Part shown: one piece after another, positions 24,246-40,792 of the stretch
Layout of the letters: the number at the start of each line of letters is the position of its first letter
How positions within the stretch are numbered: the stretch's first letter is position 1
Assembly (NCBI GenBank): GCA_051047955.1
Contig: JBPGPT010000027.1
Coordinates: forward strand, 1 to 64,000
Origin: Cystobasidiomycetes sp. EMM_F5
Taxonomy: Eukaryota
DNA length: 64,000 nt
Direction: 5' to 3'
Notes under the pieces: model-generated
Databases searched by the model: none
What the model was told of the DNA's origin: nothing
The model's input: only the letters and a program-made list of their open reading frames with translations
Translations under genes and position numbers: made by a program

Positions 24246-25024
24246 TTAGAAAAGCATGCGCTTTCTGGGCACTGCTGACGCTTGGGAAGGAGCAATGCTG
24301 CTAGTTGCGATTGGTCGGGCTCCGATGCCGCTGCCAGTGGCCTTGAATTGAGAACATGTGAGTCAGTGAGTCCGCAACGAAGTGTGGAATTGGACTTACA
24401 TTGGCAGCAATCATGGTGGCATTCAAAGCCGTGCTCGTGTTGAGTGCATTGGCGAGATACATTGGGAAAGTACCGTTAGGAGCATTAATGGCTCCGACCA
24501 TACCAGACTGGCAGTGAGTACCCGTCTTGCAGTAGTACCAGATAGGTGCGGCAGTGGAAACATTGAGCGTCCAGGTGGGGTAAGATGTTGCGTTCGCGGC
24601 GACTGGATACATTCCCGAGTCGAAGCCAGTGCCCTGAAGATGTATGACGATATTAATGTTGGGTAGAAGCTGAAAGAAAGCCATTGCCATACGTTTACGG
24701 TGGCATTAGTGAGCTTTACGCAAGGTGCTGCGAAAGAACTCTGAGTGACACTGTGCATGCCAGCAACGAAGACAAAGGTGACTGCAAGTAATCTCTTTAG
24801 CAGTCTCCTTTACGATAGGCAAGTTCAGCCTACCCAAGTCGCCAACAGCGGCCGTAATGTTATTTGGTGTATAGCGGAGACCGCCAGATCCAACCAGGAC
24901 CTGGCGAAGAAATGCGTCATCAATGTTTGCTATATTCTTGTTCAGCGTTTATACATACGGTATGATTTGCTCCAAGAGCATATCCAACCAAAAGCGACAC
25001 AGATAGGGCGAGCTTAGCGAACAT
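24246..25024 (-). CDS. Secreted cupredoxin-like (extracellular serine-rich family) protein
   Basis: Signal peptide, HSVTQSSFAAPC, GFDSG and PIWYYCKTGTHCQSGMVGAINAP (type-1 Cu ligands His, Cys, His, Met). Confidence 0.88.
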
Positions 25025-25508
25025 GGTGGAGAGCGAGACTATCGACTTTTGATGGCTTTTCCCAGGTGAGAGGTGACAGTATTGAATGTTGAGAACACAA
25101 AGGCAAAGGACAACCAACGAATGAGTCCCGCTCGAAATCTTTCCCTTCCCGGTACGTTCGGTCGGTTAACTGGGTGCTTCCGGGCGGGAACGTGCCTGAA
25201 AGAACGGGACTCCAGGTTACGGGCCAGACTCAATTGCTAATCGTACGTCTCGATCTGGAAATGTAAAGTGAATCAGCGGAGTTTTGTCAAGCGGGCGGCC
25301 TTGGCAGCTCCGTCAATCGTCAAATCAGCTATTTGGCAGATACTACTCGCGTCAAATGGTCTGAACAGGCTCGGTGCCAGTCGACGACTGTATCCATTCA
25401 CGTCAGCTATAGTTTGAACGTTCCCTACTTTGAAAGCGTCTGCGCATTTCCAACTACAGGTTTGTCTGTTCTAAATTGCGATGATGCTTCTCTCACATCC
25501 AATGAGCC

Positions 25509-26451
25509 ATGTTTAGCGAATTGAAGCAGATCAAGGCGTGAGCGGCTGAGAGCACAGCGCGTACACAGAAATGAACAATATTGACCATCGTGAGCTGTCG
25601 TTTGCAGGCTGGGCGTACGGGCAATCCTGCTGCAGGTGAATTGGGATGTAGTCAAGGTGAATTCAGCGAGGATATGCAAGCTGAGCAGCAACGACGACAG
25701 GCTCTCAACTTTGTGTCAGTGGTGTCAACCGCCTTGATGCTATGGAAAGGCCTCAGCTTGTTCACAAACACCGAATCGCCAATTGTCGTGGTCTTGTCTG
25801 GGTCCATGGAACCCGCGTTCGTTTATACGAGCAACGGCAACGAGGACTGTACTGATACTGCTCCGCAGGTTTCAGCGCGGAGATCTATTATTTCTCTCAC
25901 TGCCGCCTAAAGAACCTCTGAAAGTCCTTGACATTCTGGTGTATAATGTACCTGGAGCAGACATACCCATAGTGCATCGCGTCATCGAGGTTCACGACGA
26001 GTAAGCCAATTAGCGGTGCTCGCTTGAAGCGTCACGTATCTCACCGCATTGCGTATCGCAGAAAACCACATGCGGCAAACAATGCTTCTACCGCGCTTGT
26101 CCAAACAAACGCAGGCGTTCAGGATCAATTTCTGAGTAGGCTTCGTGCTTTCGTATTGTCTCGTTCGTCATTGACGCTCCCTGAATTTACCACAGTGACG
26201 AAAGGCGACAACAATCCACAAGATGACATTTCACTGTATCGAGGACTAAAATTCCTGAAACGTAGCAACATGTGAGGAGCCTGTTCTGCATTTTGCCGTC
26301 CCTATCTGAGACCATCGTCTGCAGTGTCGGCAAAACGCAAGGCTTTTTGCCGTATGTCGGCTATATCACCATCGTGATGAACGACTACCCAAATCTGAAA
26401 TACGCCTTGATGGCGATTATGGGAGGCGGAGTCCTGCTGCACCGAGAATAA
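25509..26451 (+). CDS. SEC11: Signal peptidase complex catalytic subunit
   Basis: [40 protein letters not shown] and [17 protein letters not shown] after splicing. Confidence 0.95.
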
Positions 26452-26507
26452 GGAATAGACCGACAATCTCATTTCGACTTGCATCAGTGCTAGGTTGGGC
26501 TGTTGTA

Positions 26508-27655
26508 TCATATACAGTTGGATGGCTGTCCTTCCGGTATTGGCAACCGTTTCAGCAGCTTTGCCGGAACACCTAGGCATTGATAACCTGAATTAGCAGT
26601 CATGCACACTGATGATCATGTCAAACGTACCTCCGTACACGCAGTAAGGCTCAAGCGTGCCTTTCGCGACAGATCCAGCAGCAAGTGTCACACCGTCGCC
26701 AATAGTGCACGGACCAATGACAATAGCTCCACCTCCAATCCACACCTACAAATCGTGTCGGGAACGCATATTAGCTGTGGATTGAGGCATCTTCTGATGA
26801 GAGGTCCTACATCATCGCCTATAGTGATGGGATACGCGCGTTCCAAAGCCTGTGCTCTTTCCGCAGGATCCACAGAGTGCGTTGCAGCGTATATCTGCAC
26901 ATTTGGCCCACACATTATCCGCGATCCGAGCTTGACCTACTCGATCATTGCTTCAGATCAGTGACATGCAACCAATCTTTGCAGAGAGTTCGTACTTTTG
27001 CACAATCGAGGATAGTGCATCCAAAGTTCGCATAGAATGGTCCCGTGAACTCGATGTTGTAGCCCTGCTCGAATGGTAGAATCAGTTTGTATTCTCCACG
27101 TTCACGGAAAGTGCTCACGTAGTCGCAGTAGAAAGGGGGTTCTAGATTGATGTCGAGTTCACATATCTTTCCCGACGGCATACCGAATAGCTCCTCCAGA
27201 ATCCGTCTGCGGCAAGGATCTCAGACACCGTAGACACGGTGAATGCGCATTGCATGCAGCGTACCTACCGTCTTTTCTCGCCGTAGGTTTGGCATCTCAC
27301 TGGAACCTTCTGGCATAGGGTCCCATGGCATATTATTGTACGCATTCTGTAAAGGACGCGTCCTTCTCCGCCCTCGCGTAAGATCCACATCCGTAACAAG
27401 GTACGCATCACCTATACCAGCGACGAGAGAAAAAGAGTGGAAAGGATTATAAAGTTATCGAGGAGCATCAGCATAGAGATTGTCATCAGCAAAGCGGCCA
27501 TAATCAGCACCATTCATCATCTTTTGCCTTTCCGTCATTTCGGTGGGCCCTGGCAACACAGAGGGCTGCTTCTCGTGGACACCGACGATGGCAGAAGTGG
27601 ACGAATGCGCGGTACTTTGTGCAGTCATGTCCCGTACATAATCATCTGCAGCCAT
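26508..27655 (-). CDS. Maltose/galactoside O-acetyltransferase (hexapeptide repeat)
   Basis: MTERQKM, LEPPFYCDYGYNI, NFGCTILDCA, GPNVQIYAATH..ERAYPITIGDD.WIGG and GVPAK. Confidence 0.88.
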
Positions 27656-27862
27656 ATTGCGTCCCTCTAGATAGAGGAACAAGCAAGTTGAACTCGTGCC
27701 GGCAGAGATAAATGCGAACGAGAAGCGAATATACCGAGCAACATTGGCCGCAAGCACATTCTCGCAGCCTCAATCATCTCGTTGATGCGCAGAAATGAAT
27801 TCGGTTTGTTTTTAACAAGGAGTAACGAGAGGTGACAACGATGTGCACAGACTTCCCTAAAT

Positions 27863-30122
<2,260 letters not shown>

Positions 30123-30452
30123 GGCGGCGCACGGTTTTATCGAACTTTTTGGGTGCAAGGTCGGAGGGAGAAGATGGGCGGCGCAGCTTGTTAGGGGGAG
30201 AAGACGGATGGGGCCGGGTTGGGAAGAAACAAGCAACGGACATGCAATATCGAGGAGGAGAGTAGGTACTTCTGCACACAAGGCAATGCGAAGACTAGTC
30301 TACGCGAAAGAACCGTCCCTCTAGCTCGAATGGCGACTCAAACGTGCCTTCTGTACAAGGTGTTCTTTAAGCATATAAGCTTGACTTTTCATAAGCGACT
30401 AAATGCTACAGGTATGAAGGCTCGTTGCGTAGACTGACAGCGCATTAACGCA

Positions 30453-31921
30453 TTAAACACTGCGAGCCCTTCTCCGCTTGGCATATATATGCCGCGACGC
30501 AAAGCCCAATCCACATCCTACCAGGATGATCCCTGTCAAAGTGCCCTCAGCAAACCATTCGCACTGTACGCATAATCTGTAACCACTCACCTCCAGAAAA
30601 GTACGCAGGTCCAACAAAGGAGCCCCCTCCAGCTCGAAGAATCGCGCCCATGATCGGGCTGCCAATCAGCGCAGCTACACCCGATATAGCCATTCCCAAG
30701 GCCATACGCGATCCAATCTCATTCATTCGCTCCGTCTCGCTCGCGACCAGCGCAGGAAACGTCGAAACGTAGCTCCCTGAAGCGGGGCCGTATAGACAGC
30801 AGATTGCCGTAATGGCTCCGGAAGATTGGCACGAAGGCCATGCAAAGTTGAGGACGCCCGCTATCGCTGATGCAGGCCATAGTATGCTGTCATGGCAAGT
30901 CTGTATCAGTTTGAGTGTCAGTACAAAGAGGCATATTGACCTACTTTGCTGGACCGAGCTTGTCTGCAAAGATATTGGGCAACAACCGACCAAGCACGGA
31001 GCTTGCATTCAGTATGGACAGTCTGTCGAAATGATAGTCAGCACGTTGTGCACACTTAAGACTGGAAACATTCACTCACAAGTAGAATGCATATGAGCTA
31101 TCAATCCCCTCTGCCAGGGCGTACGTGCTAATGTAAAATATGAATGTGTACAGGCCAATGAAGGTCACAAAGGCTGCTGCTGACAAGAGACCGTACGCAG
31201 GGTCCCGCAGATGATGAAGTTCCAAGAGTTTACCCCCTTGGCGGGGTGGCAGTCGGCTCTTTGTAGCCAGGCAGGCAAAAGTCACGCCTATGAGAACCAT
31301 AAAGCCGACGATACGCACTGCCCACTGAAAGCCGACTTTGGGAAGCAATCGACTTAGGACTATGGGAAAGACGACGCCGCCTGTGGAAGAGCCAGTAGCG
31401 ATGATGCCGTATGCCAAAGCTCGCCGTTTGCTGAACCAGTGAGAGATGACGGCAACACTTGGCTGAAAGACCAGACCACTCCCTAAGCCGCCGACGATAC
31501 CTTGTGCCAGAATGAAATGCCATAGCTTTGTGCATTCGGCCGTTGTGAATATGGAAATGACGAGCAGAATTGAGCCCGTCACGAGGATATGGCTGTGGTA
31601 TCCAGCATCGTATAGACGACCTGTAAAGAGGCCGAAGGAGAGGATAAAGAAGAGTTGGAGGGATCCAATCCAAGCGATATTCGACGGCGTTTCGTCTGCC
31701 AACTGGTTGTGCTGGTAGTATGACTGGTACACGCCAAAGGAGGAGATGTAGCCAAAAGTGCAGACTGAGCTTCCCCATGAGCCCATGCAAACGAGCCAAG
31801 CTCTGAGTCCTCCATCAGGGAAGGTCAGTTTAGGAGTCACTGGCGAGGATATCGAAGAATCTTGAACGAGTTCCTTGTCGTCCTTCTCCGCTGGAGTATC
31901 AGCCATGACCTGCGCACTCAT
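30453..31921 (-). CDS. MFS monocarboxylate-transporter-like (MCH family) permease
   Basis: FPDGGLRAWL, FGVYQSYY, IAWIGSLQ, GRLYDAG, HWFSKRRALAYGI..GSS.GG and IGSRM..G.PI.GA. Confidence 0.92.
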
Positions 31922-32108
31922 GTCCGCAGAGAGTGTTAGTACTCAGCTGGTTAGCCCAACAATGAGTCAAGCAGGCCAGTCCTTGGAAATATCATCGGCT
32001 TGGTAATGCCGACATGTTGATCACCTCGGCTCGGAAGAGACACGCGTAGAGACATTCAGTAATGTGTAATCTCAATGCAATGCTCAACTTTGTATACTTC
32101 TCTGATCC

Positions 32109-32924
32109 ATGTCCGCCTCCAGCACCTCAAACGCATCCACGTCTCTCCCGGCGTCGCCCAATCATCCCCGTCACCCCCCGTTGTCGCCAGCTCGGTCAGT
32201 CGCGTCAACATCAGCATCATTGGAGCAGCGTATCGTCAGAAATGTTTTAGATGAGCAGTTGGCTGGCAAACGTACAAGCAACGACGACGCTCTGACTGGT
32301 GCGCAGCGTTTGCTTGCATTCTTGGATGTTGGGAATGCGCAGAGTGAGCTTGGTCGGAACAACCGACACGGACTCATCGACTCTACAGCGACGGTGGGCA
32401 TTCTGCATTGGATGCACGCCCATGCTACGCTGACATAACGTATGCCAATATTCTAGCCAGAAGTTATGCCCCGCGAAGCCGACATGCTCGGATCTGAGCA
32501 CAGAGCCTCTCCACAAGCAACATCTTCACCTCCCTACGCTCAATCACCTGTCGCCCACGATGAAAGCACCCTGGTTATATCTGCAAATGCGACGACGCCA
32601 GACTTCTTGACAGCGCGCGCCGATATTGAGCGGCTACAGTCTGACGTAGCTGCAATCCATTCAATGGTGTCGCAACTACAAAGCAGTACTCCCACTTCCA
32701 CTTCCCGGGCACCACCCCCGCCGATACAAGCAGACGAAGATGATATACTGTCCTTCTGTCGCAGGATTGACGCGATAGTCTGGATGCAACATCCAGATAG
32801 CGCTACTAGGAGACCTGACGATGTCATTTTCAGTGCTGAGAACCTGAGACACCTCGAATGGCGTATAAAAGCATGGGAACAAGCTGTTCGAGGCAAGACG
32901 CCAGAGACACTGTCTCGAATCTGA
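32109..32924 (+). CDS. Hypothetical protein (2 exons)
   Basis: Two ORFs joined in frame by a GTGGGC..GCTGAC..CTAG intron. No family recognised. Confidence 0.5.
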
Positions 32925-33065
32925 TTTGGCTGTACTTTGCCTGTCTCTTTTATACATTCTTTAGATACAGGGTTTCTGGGGGAAATTCAAACTATGTTCT
33001 TTGACCAATCTGCCACAGCCCATCTATACATTGAAATATACTTTTCCTACATACTTGTTTCTTGT

Positions 33066-36000
33066 TCAAGCTTGTAATTCTCCGGAAGTCGCAAGAGTGG
33101 CAAACATTCCCTGAAAAGCAGATGGGGTCAGATACGGCTCACATTCTGAGCCGATTCCATTCACTCACCCTCGCATCCTTCATCAATTCGTCAAAGGTAC
33201 CTTGAAAGACGACTCTACCATTTTCCATGAGGATCAAGCGATCGCAGAGCTTCATTGTCGCAACCTTGTGCGTGATGAGTACAGTCGTTCTCGTCTTTGC
33301 AATGTCAAGAATAGTCTTCATTACTGCATCCTGATTCTCTGCATCCAGTGCAGAAGTGATTTCGTCTCCTAATAGAATCTCCCGTGGTCGGAGGAGTGCT
33401 CTGGCGATTTGCAGCCGTTGAGCCTGTCCACCAGAGATGAGGCCAGCGTTCTCGCCAAGGTGCGTCTTGTAGCCCTCAGGCAGCGTCATAATAAATTCAT
33501 GAACGTTGGCCTGCTTTGCTGCCCGTTCTATGTCTACTTGTGACACGGCCTTGTCTGCGCCATAGCTGATATTGTCGGATACAGACATGTCAAACAAAGC
33601 AGGATGTTGCGAAATGACAGCAACGTGATCACGAAGATACTTTACGTCGACTCGCGGTAACGGCCTGCCGTCGATGCGGATCACTCCGGAAGCTGGTTCG
33701 TACAGTCGTTGCAGTAGTGCCGCGGTCGTCGATTTGCCAGATCCTGATGGCCCGACTATGCCCACACACTCTCCTGCTTTGATTTCGAAAGACACGCCGT
33801 CCAACACAGGTGCATCAGGTCTTGTAGGATAGCTAAAGGAGACCTTGTCGAATGCAATATGGCCAGTGACTGGGAATGTCATCCTGCCCTGCGATTCTGT
33901 CGTCTCCATAGACAACTTCTGAATCGCCAACAAGTCTATCGCCGCATATTTCGCTTTTGTAATTTGCGGAACTTGAACGGATGGATCAGCTCGAAATCAA
34001 ACCAGATGAGCTGGCTTGTAAGGCAGACTCACTATTTGACAGCACTTGACTAGAGAAGGTTACGGAGAAGATGAGAAGCACAAAGACCTGGAGCATCTGC
34101 TCAAATGTGTAGATGCCTTTGGCAATAAAGATAGCTCCGACCAGAAACATAATCGCTGTGGACGACGATACGGTCAGCAACGATTTGAAAACCAGAATAT
34201 CGGCGCACCTTGAGCTACATAGATGACGAAGAAAGCGACCCCTGTACCAAACCCAGTAAAGAAAGCACTCTTCTTGCCTCCTCTGTAGGCTTGCGTAACA
34301 CTGTCATCAAACTTCTCCAGGAACACCGTTTCAAGCGACATGGATCGAATAGCCTTGATATTCGAGACCGTCTGGTAAAACCGCTTTGCGCAGACCTCTC
34401 GCTCGACCTTGTTGAGTCTTTCGTATGCACCAAGGAATCTTGACGACACCATCGTCGAGATAACGAAGAGCGGGCCAAGACTCAGCCCGACTAGAGTCAA
34501 TTGCCACCCTTTTGCGAACGCCCACACGACGCCGAGAATGAGCATGGTGAAGATGACCGTCAGGTTACCAGCAACGACCCCGATGATGCTACGAGCATCT
34601 TCCGCATCTTTGATGAGTTTAGTGACGATGTTTATCGGGGCATTGTCAGGCGAGTCAAACCAGCCCTTGCTTTGATACATCACGTTCCCGAAAGACTCTT
34701 TCTGCAGCTTGACTACCCAACCCATTGCAACGTGCTGAAGCATGGTGTACTTCCACCAGTCAGCCAGTCCGTTGACGAGCGCGATCAAGAGCAGAATCAA
34801 GGCGGTTCTGACGAGGTTTATGGAGCCCGGCGCAGACAGTGCGGACAACAGAGTAGCGAAGAGGTTGGAGAAGAGCGGAGTACACACTCCCGATGCAATA
34901 CAGAAGGCCAGTCCAGCAGCGAGACCAATCTTACTGGGCACCATAGGAATGACCAGGCGGAAGATTTGGTATAGACTGGGCGGCGGCAGTTGAGGTGTCT
35001 CCGCTTCGATTTCGTGATTTTCTCCATCAGTATTGAGCTTGTCTTTCGTCTTGACCTCTGTCAGTTGTGCCCAGCTGTCTCTTGGTCCTGCTGACCGAGC
35101 GAGGCTCGGTAAGGTCTGGCGCCTAACCGATGAAGCCAGACCTGCTCGCTGGAGCACCTGCTCGGAGTGTGTGGAATTGCGTAATGGAGATACCTTTCTT
35201 AGACTGCTCTGAGAGGACGGACTGCGTTGCATGCTCGGTGGACGAAGCGCGACGCTACCGGTAGTCGTGATTGATCCTCGCGCAAGAACGCCCAGGCTTT
35301 CTTTTCGTGGAGGTGTCTTCACCAATGAGATGCCGAGTCCGGAGTGGAACGATGCTCGACGAGTAACTTGATCGCTCATATACATTTGCGATGCTCGCCT
35401 ATTCTCCTGAAAAGCTCGTACCTGACTGCCCATATCATTGGGTCCATTAGGCGTGAGATAGCTAGATCTGACGCTTTGAGGAGTTGAGAACTGCGGAACT
35501 GTGAGCAAAGGTGGCGTCATCTGTACATCGGGAAGGTCGAGAGTCTCGGTAGCCTCGTAGTAGTTGTCAATGTCGTCGACAGGCTGGACGTCGCCGTCTG
35601 GCTCAGCCTGGATTTGCGCCAGATGGTGGAACCATCCGTCTTCTTTGCTTTCCAATTCCTGTCGGTAGCCCTGTTCGACCACTTCGCCATCTCGCATGAC
35701 GTATACAAAGTCGTCCGGCGTGATAGGCGAAAGATCGTGTGTGATGATGATAGTTGTCTTGTTCCGTCTCCATGCCTTCAAGGCCGCATGTACGAGTTGA
35801 CGAGACGTCACATCAAGAGCTGAAGTTGCTTCGTCCAGGACAAGGACAGTCGGATCGCGGATGTATGCTCGGGCAATGGCAAGCCTTTGGCGCTGGCCAC
35901 CTGACAAGCTTGCTCCTTTTTCGCCGGATAGCATAGTATCGTATCCATCCGGAAGATCGCGGACAAAATCGTGAAAGAGAGCCGCTCGACACGCCGCTAC

Positions 36001-38279
36001 GACTTCCTCGCGCGTGACGTCTTCCGGACGTCTCGCTTTACTCCCCAAAGTGCCGACAATACCCAGAGCAACATTTTCATGGACCGTTCCTTCGAAAAGC
36101 ACGGAAGCTCCATGGCTGACCATTCCAATCTGGCTTCTGAGCCACTTCTCATCGAGCCATTCGGTTCCCTGCTCATCAGCTTCAATATGGCCTTGTTCGG
36201 CTTTGTACAGTCCAAGCAGCAGACTTCCGATGGTCGATTTGCCGCTGCCACTACTTCCAACGATATATGTTGTCTCTCGGGCTGGAAGATACATGTCCAC
36301 CTTGTGCAGCGCTGGAGGTGCCGGTGCTGGTCGAGACGGATACCAGAATGTAATATCCTTCAACACTAACTCTCCGGAGAATCGTTCCGGAGCCATTCGT
36401 TTTAGCGGACGGACTGCCGGACTTTTCTTCGTTTTCAGACTATGTGTTCGACGGTGACCGATCCTGGCTTTCTCAGTCTGCACTGGAATGAAGGTAGGAA
36501 GGGTGGGAGAAGTGTTCGACATCGAGATGTGCAGAAGCGGATCCTTCCTATCAGCATCAGGAGAAATGACGCTGCTATCATTGGAAAGCGGCCGAGAAGA
36601 AGCCGGCTCGTTTTGAGAGTCGTGTGCCGTTTCGAGCAGAGCAGCCATAGAGGTCTTTGCCTTTTCTACAATATTGAGCATAGGTAGGCACATCTGCATA
36701 TTGCTACTAGCGAGAAGGGTAGCCCAGAACACGATTGTCACGTCGCCGGCAGTCTTCCTGCCAGTACCAACGAGGTAGTTGCCAAACCAGAAACCGCTGA
36801 CAAACATGACCAGCAGGAGAAACTGTACGAAACCAGCGCGGAGACCCCAGAGCATGGTGATCCGATTGTATGCTCTGCGAGCCTGTTCAGCCAGAATCAC
36901 GAATGACTCGATCTCTTCCGTTTCTGCATTGAATACTTTGACAGTCGCTATCGCTGCTGTAGTCCGTTCCACCCTTGCAGCGGCTGAAGCGTTTAGATTG
37001 CGCTCCAGCATCATGATGGGGGTGACGATGACCTCGACCGCCACGGTAGCGAGTACGATGAGCGGAGCAGATCCCAAAATAACCAGCGTCAATGCCCAGG
37101 AATGCCAGAATGCGATGACTATGCAAGCTACAAAGGTACAGACTGATATAGTCAGTCTTCCTCCGACTGCCGATAGAGCCATTCGAACATCGTCAGTCTC
37201 CCTGCGATTGTCCACAAGTTAGGGCGTTTTCGTACTTTAGAATGTAGAACATTCCATAAAAATCGAACTCGCCTTGCAAATCTTCCCATAAGACCACCAC
37301 TGGACTCGCTCTCGAAGCCTTCGGCATCCTCCTCGGTATCTCCATTGGCTACCCGCTTGCCCATGCCCAAGTCAAACCACGCCATTGGTTTCTTGCTGAT
37401 TCCAATGTAGACTGTTGTTCGTATCCGCTTTGCGATACGTTCTCCATGCCATACCCACAGAGACAGTGCAATGGTCGTGAATATCACCGCGAGGACTCCT
37501 AGCACAATCAGCTTGACGGCTACGATGATCATGTCCTTCTTGAGCTGATCTCCTGGATTGTGTTGTAGAGTTGACGGGAGTGACATGATTGCCCTTTGGT
37601 AATTGGCGAATGCCTCGAACGCATCGCCGAGCACGAATGTCATGTACGGGGGAACCAATCCGGCCGCACACGAGAAAAGGCAGGCCGGTAACAGTAGCGT
37701 GAGCACATCTCGCCGGTGAGCAAGGCTGAAGAGCAATTTCAAGGAAGGTTTGTACAGCGGCGGGGGGCCTTTTGGCTGTTTTCTACCGAATATCGATTTG
37801 GCTGAAGCAGGAGTCGGGGGAGGCGATTGGTCGAATGCGCTCTTCTGGCCGGGAGGCGTTGGTATAGTCTTTTGACTATCATGAAATGGATCCTCTTCAC
37901 CTATAGGTGAGGGTAAAAGATGCTTTTGTAAGCCAGTCCGGCTTGTCGCGTATTGCCCGCTAATTCTGGCCGGGACTTCGTGTAAATTCGAAGTGCTCAG
38001 TATCAGCGGTTTGGGCGACGCTGTCCGCGATAGTCCGGGAGAAGGAAATTGTACAACATGCTCCTGAGGCGGAGTCATGTAGATGGATGGCGTCCCCAAG
38101 TGCCGTTGTTCCGGCGGAGTAACGTGTACTTGGACAGCCCGCATCGGCGACATTTCCATGTCGTCAAATTGCTCATCCTGCTGCTGTTGCGGTGTAGATG
38201 GCTGAGAACGATTGAGAGAAGTTGTTCTCGTTGGCGAAGCCAGCAGCCTTGTCGGAAGATGGTACGGTGGCGAATTCAT
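33066..38279 (-). CDS. STE6: Full-length ABCB transporter, a-factor pheromone exporter type
   Basis: TMD-NBD-TMD-NBD layout. GSSGSGKST/LSGGQRQR/VLDEATSALD and GPSGSGKST/ISGGQAQRLQIARAL, plus WFDLGMG and a long S/R-rich linker, as I recall from basidiomycete Ste6. Confidence 0.85.
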
Positions 38280-38914
38280 GGTGTCGACGGTGGGTATTGT
38301 CTGCGACTAAACGAGAATGAAGGTGAATGAAGTCAAGAAGAACTCGAAGAAGTCCGCTGAGGATTTCAAGGACTAAAGCCGTTAACGAGGCGTTGAGCGT
38401 GTTGAGTGAGCTTCCCACTCCACGTCTGCGGTGCCGTCAGCAAAGTGAGCCAGAATGCTAGAAGCTCGACAGGGTCAGTGGTGATGTTCAGTGCGTGTCA
38501 GTCGTGGAAGCCTCAGGATTTCAGCTGCAGTCTCTCATTTATTTCCACGCTCTGGCTCATTGTTGCCCTCTTTAGAGTCAAGGCTTTTGTTACCCCGGCT
38601 TTGTCGGCAGGATGGGGAGAAGCCCGTAAACACAGCTTACCATCGATATTATGACTTGCACCGCACGCTGATATGTAGCAGCAATGGCATACCAGTCGCG
38701 GCGTGCTAGATGGGGGCAAAGCTGATCTGGCAGATTCCGAAATGAAAAGCGGAGCAAGTCGTAAATTGTCAAAAGGACTTGGTCTGGCAATCATCGCAAT
38801 GTGCGTCGTGTGACATCGAAGCAATCATGGCATCGTTGAGCACTCAGTTAAACGGCTCTAGGCAGGACCATGGGGATTTAGGGAAATGACAGGCGAGTAC
38901 ACAACAACGTGCAT

Positions 38915-39723
38915 CTACTCGTATACCCAGGCAGCGCTGGCCAAAGAGTACTGGGAGATCTCCTACGAAACATTGAGGGCAATCCATCAGCAATGGCTTT
39001 AGAGATAAACGAGCCGCTAACTCACATCCGGCTTGAACCAGAGGGCAATCTCCTTTTGAGCAGCCTCGACGCTGTCGGAACCGTGAATGACATTGCGGCC
39101 GACGTCAATGCAGTATTGACCACGGATGGTGCTGAGAGATGAGGCAGTAGATCAGTACAAATAGCCGACGATGATCAAAATTCATGCAGCTCACCCTGGG
39201 GCAGACGCCAGAGGGTTAGTAGCACCGAGCATGGCGCGTCCCTGCTTGACAACGTCTTTGCCTAGAGATACGGAAAATTTAGTAAGCTGTTGTCATAGAT
39301 CAAGCAAAACTGCGTAGGCATACCTTCCCAGACCATGGCAACGACGGGTCCGGAAGCCATGTAGGCGACGAGACCCTTGAAGAAACCCTTGCTGGAGAGA
39401 TCAGAGTAATGCTTCTCGAGATGCTCCTTGGATGCAGTGGTCATCTTCATGGCGACGAGCTTGTATCCACGCTGCTCGAAGCTGTCGAAAATCCAGGCAC
39501 GGTCAGTGCGGTACTTTGCGAAAAGATGTGCAGTGTGTATGCGCTCACCGAGAGATGATAGGGGCGACGAGTCCACGCTGGACGCCATCAGGCCTGTTGC
39601 AGACGTTAATGAAAATGATGTTACAATTAGTCCTCCATGGTCGCCAAATTTGTTGTAGAAGGCCAATTTCCAGCATTTGAGCTCGACGCACTTGATCATG
39701 ATGTACGTCTGTTCGGTAGCCAT
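38915..39723 (-). CDS. NDK1: Nucleoside diphosphate kinase
   Basis: [44 protein letters not shown] and the C-terminal WVYE. Confidence 0.96.
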
Positions 39724-39880
39724 TTTGTGAGATTTGTAGTGATTTGTAGATGGTCAGATGTGCAATAAGCAGAGCAAACCCGCCAGCCAGCCGTCCGAGC
39801 CAACCTTTCGAAGTGATCGCAATTTCTGGTGGAGAGCCCAGAGCTTGTCGAGGTTGCATTGTCTGCTGAATACAGTACAT

Positions 39881-40627
39881 ATGCGGACATTACACAAATT
39901 ATGGACCATTCTCACCGCTCTGACCTTTTTTCTTACTCTCGTTCTTGCGGATACCGAAATTGTCATGTTCCGACAACAAGACCCCACGTTTGCGCGCCTG
40001 GATCCTCCGCAGCTTTCGCTCACTAATCTGACAGCGTGATTGACCTAACATTCGAATCTCAAGAATCAAACTGAGTCTCCCCTCACAGGTCAACGCTCAA
40101 ACCGGGAATCAAATTACGACTTTCCGATATGCCAATGTCCAAATCACGCATGTCGCGCTTGTGCAAGCTCGAGCTACCTCCTCAGCCACCTTACGAGGAT
40201 GCTCAGTTGCGCAAAATACAAAGGGAGGTGATGGGCAAGTCTGGAAGGTGGACTATTCGCGTCTGCTGGCCTGCTTCAGTCTGTTACGACGCATTGCCTT
40301 TCACACGCAAAGCTGAGATTGTCTGTACTTCTACAGCATCCAACGAAGTTCAAGTTGCAGATACTACAAGACGAGCGAGCTTCTCTGTATCTGCACGTCG
40401 AAGGCCAACGTTCTGGAGTATATGCGCCCGACGCAGATGTCGACAAGATACCAGATCCGACAGTGTTCTCCATCCTGTTGGAGCCAGTATACCTCTTCTT
40501 CGTCCCTGAGACGTCACTGTCCTTGTTGGCGTTTCTGAGTGTGCTCATTAGCTTGATAGTGGTGCTTAGGGTCCCGCAAAGGATATCGGACTACATTCTG
40601 GACGAAAGCAAAGACAAGGTAGATTGA
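39881..40627 (+). CDS. Signal peptide plus C-terminal TM protein (possibly a Pga1-like GPI-mannosyltransferase II co-factor)
   Basis: VLA|DTEIV.F, WTIRVCWPAS.PTKF, ILLEPVYLFFVP followed by a TM helix and a KDKVD tail. The family assignment is from memory. Confidence 0.55.
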
Positions 40628-40792
40628 GGGCGGCATGCGTCAGTAAGTGATGGTGCAGTAAAAGTGGAAGCGAAGTCAGTGTTGTTGCTACACGCCCGTC
40701 TAGATAGTCTCGTTGCGTTCGCATTACTACTTCTCTCGGACTTGCCAAACGGTTTCCGTCTATACGCTGCCCATTGATACGTTCAGAATGCC

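Noticed and set aside
17556..25202. Shared 12-mer CGTGCCTGAAAG in two intergenic regions
   Set aside because: About a hundred chance 12-mer matches are expected in 64 kb.
33066..38830. Mating-type locus suggested by the STE6-type exporter
   Set aside because: I found no STE3 receptor, homeodomain gene or CAAX-ending pheromone ORF in the window. STE6 alone does not define MAT.
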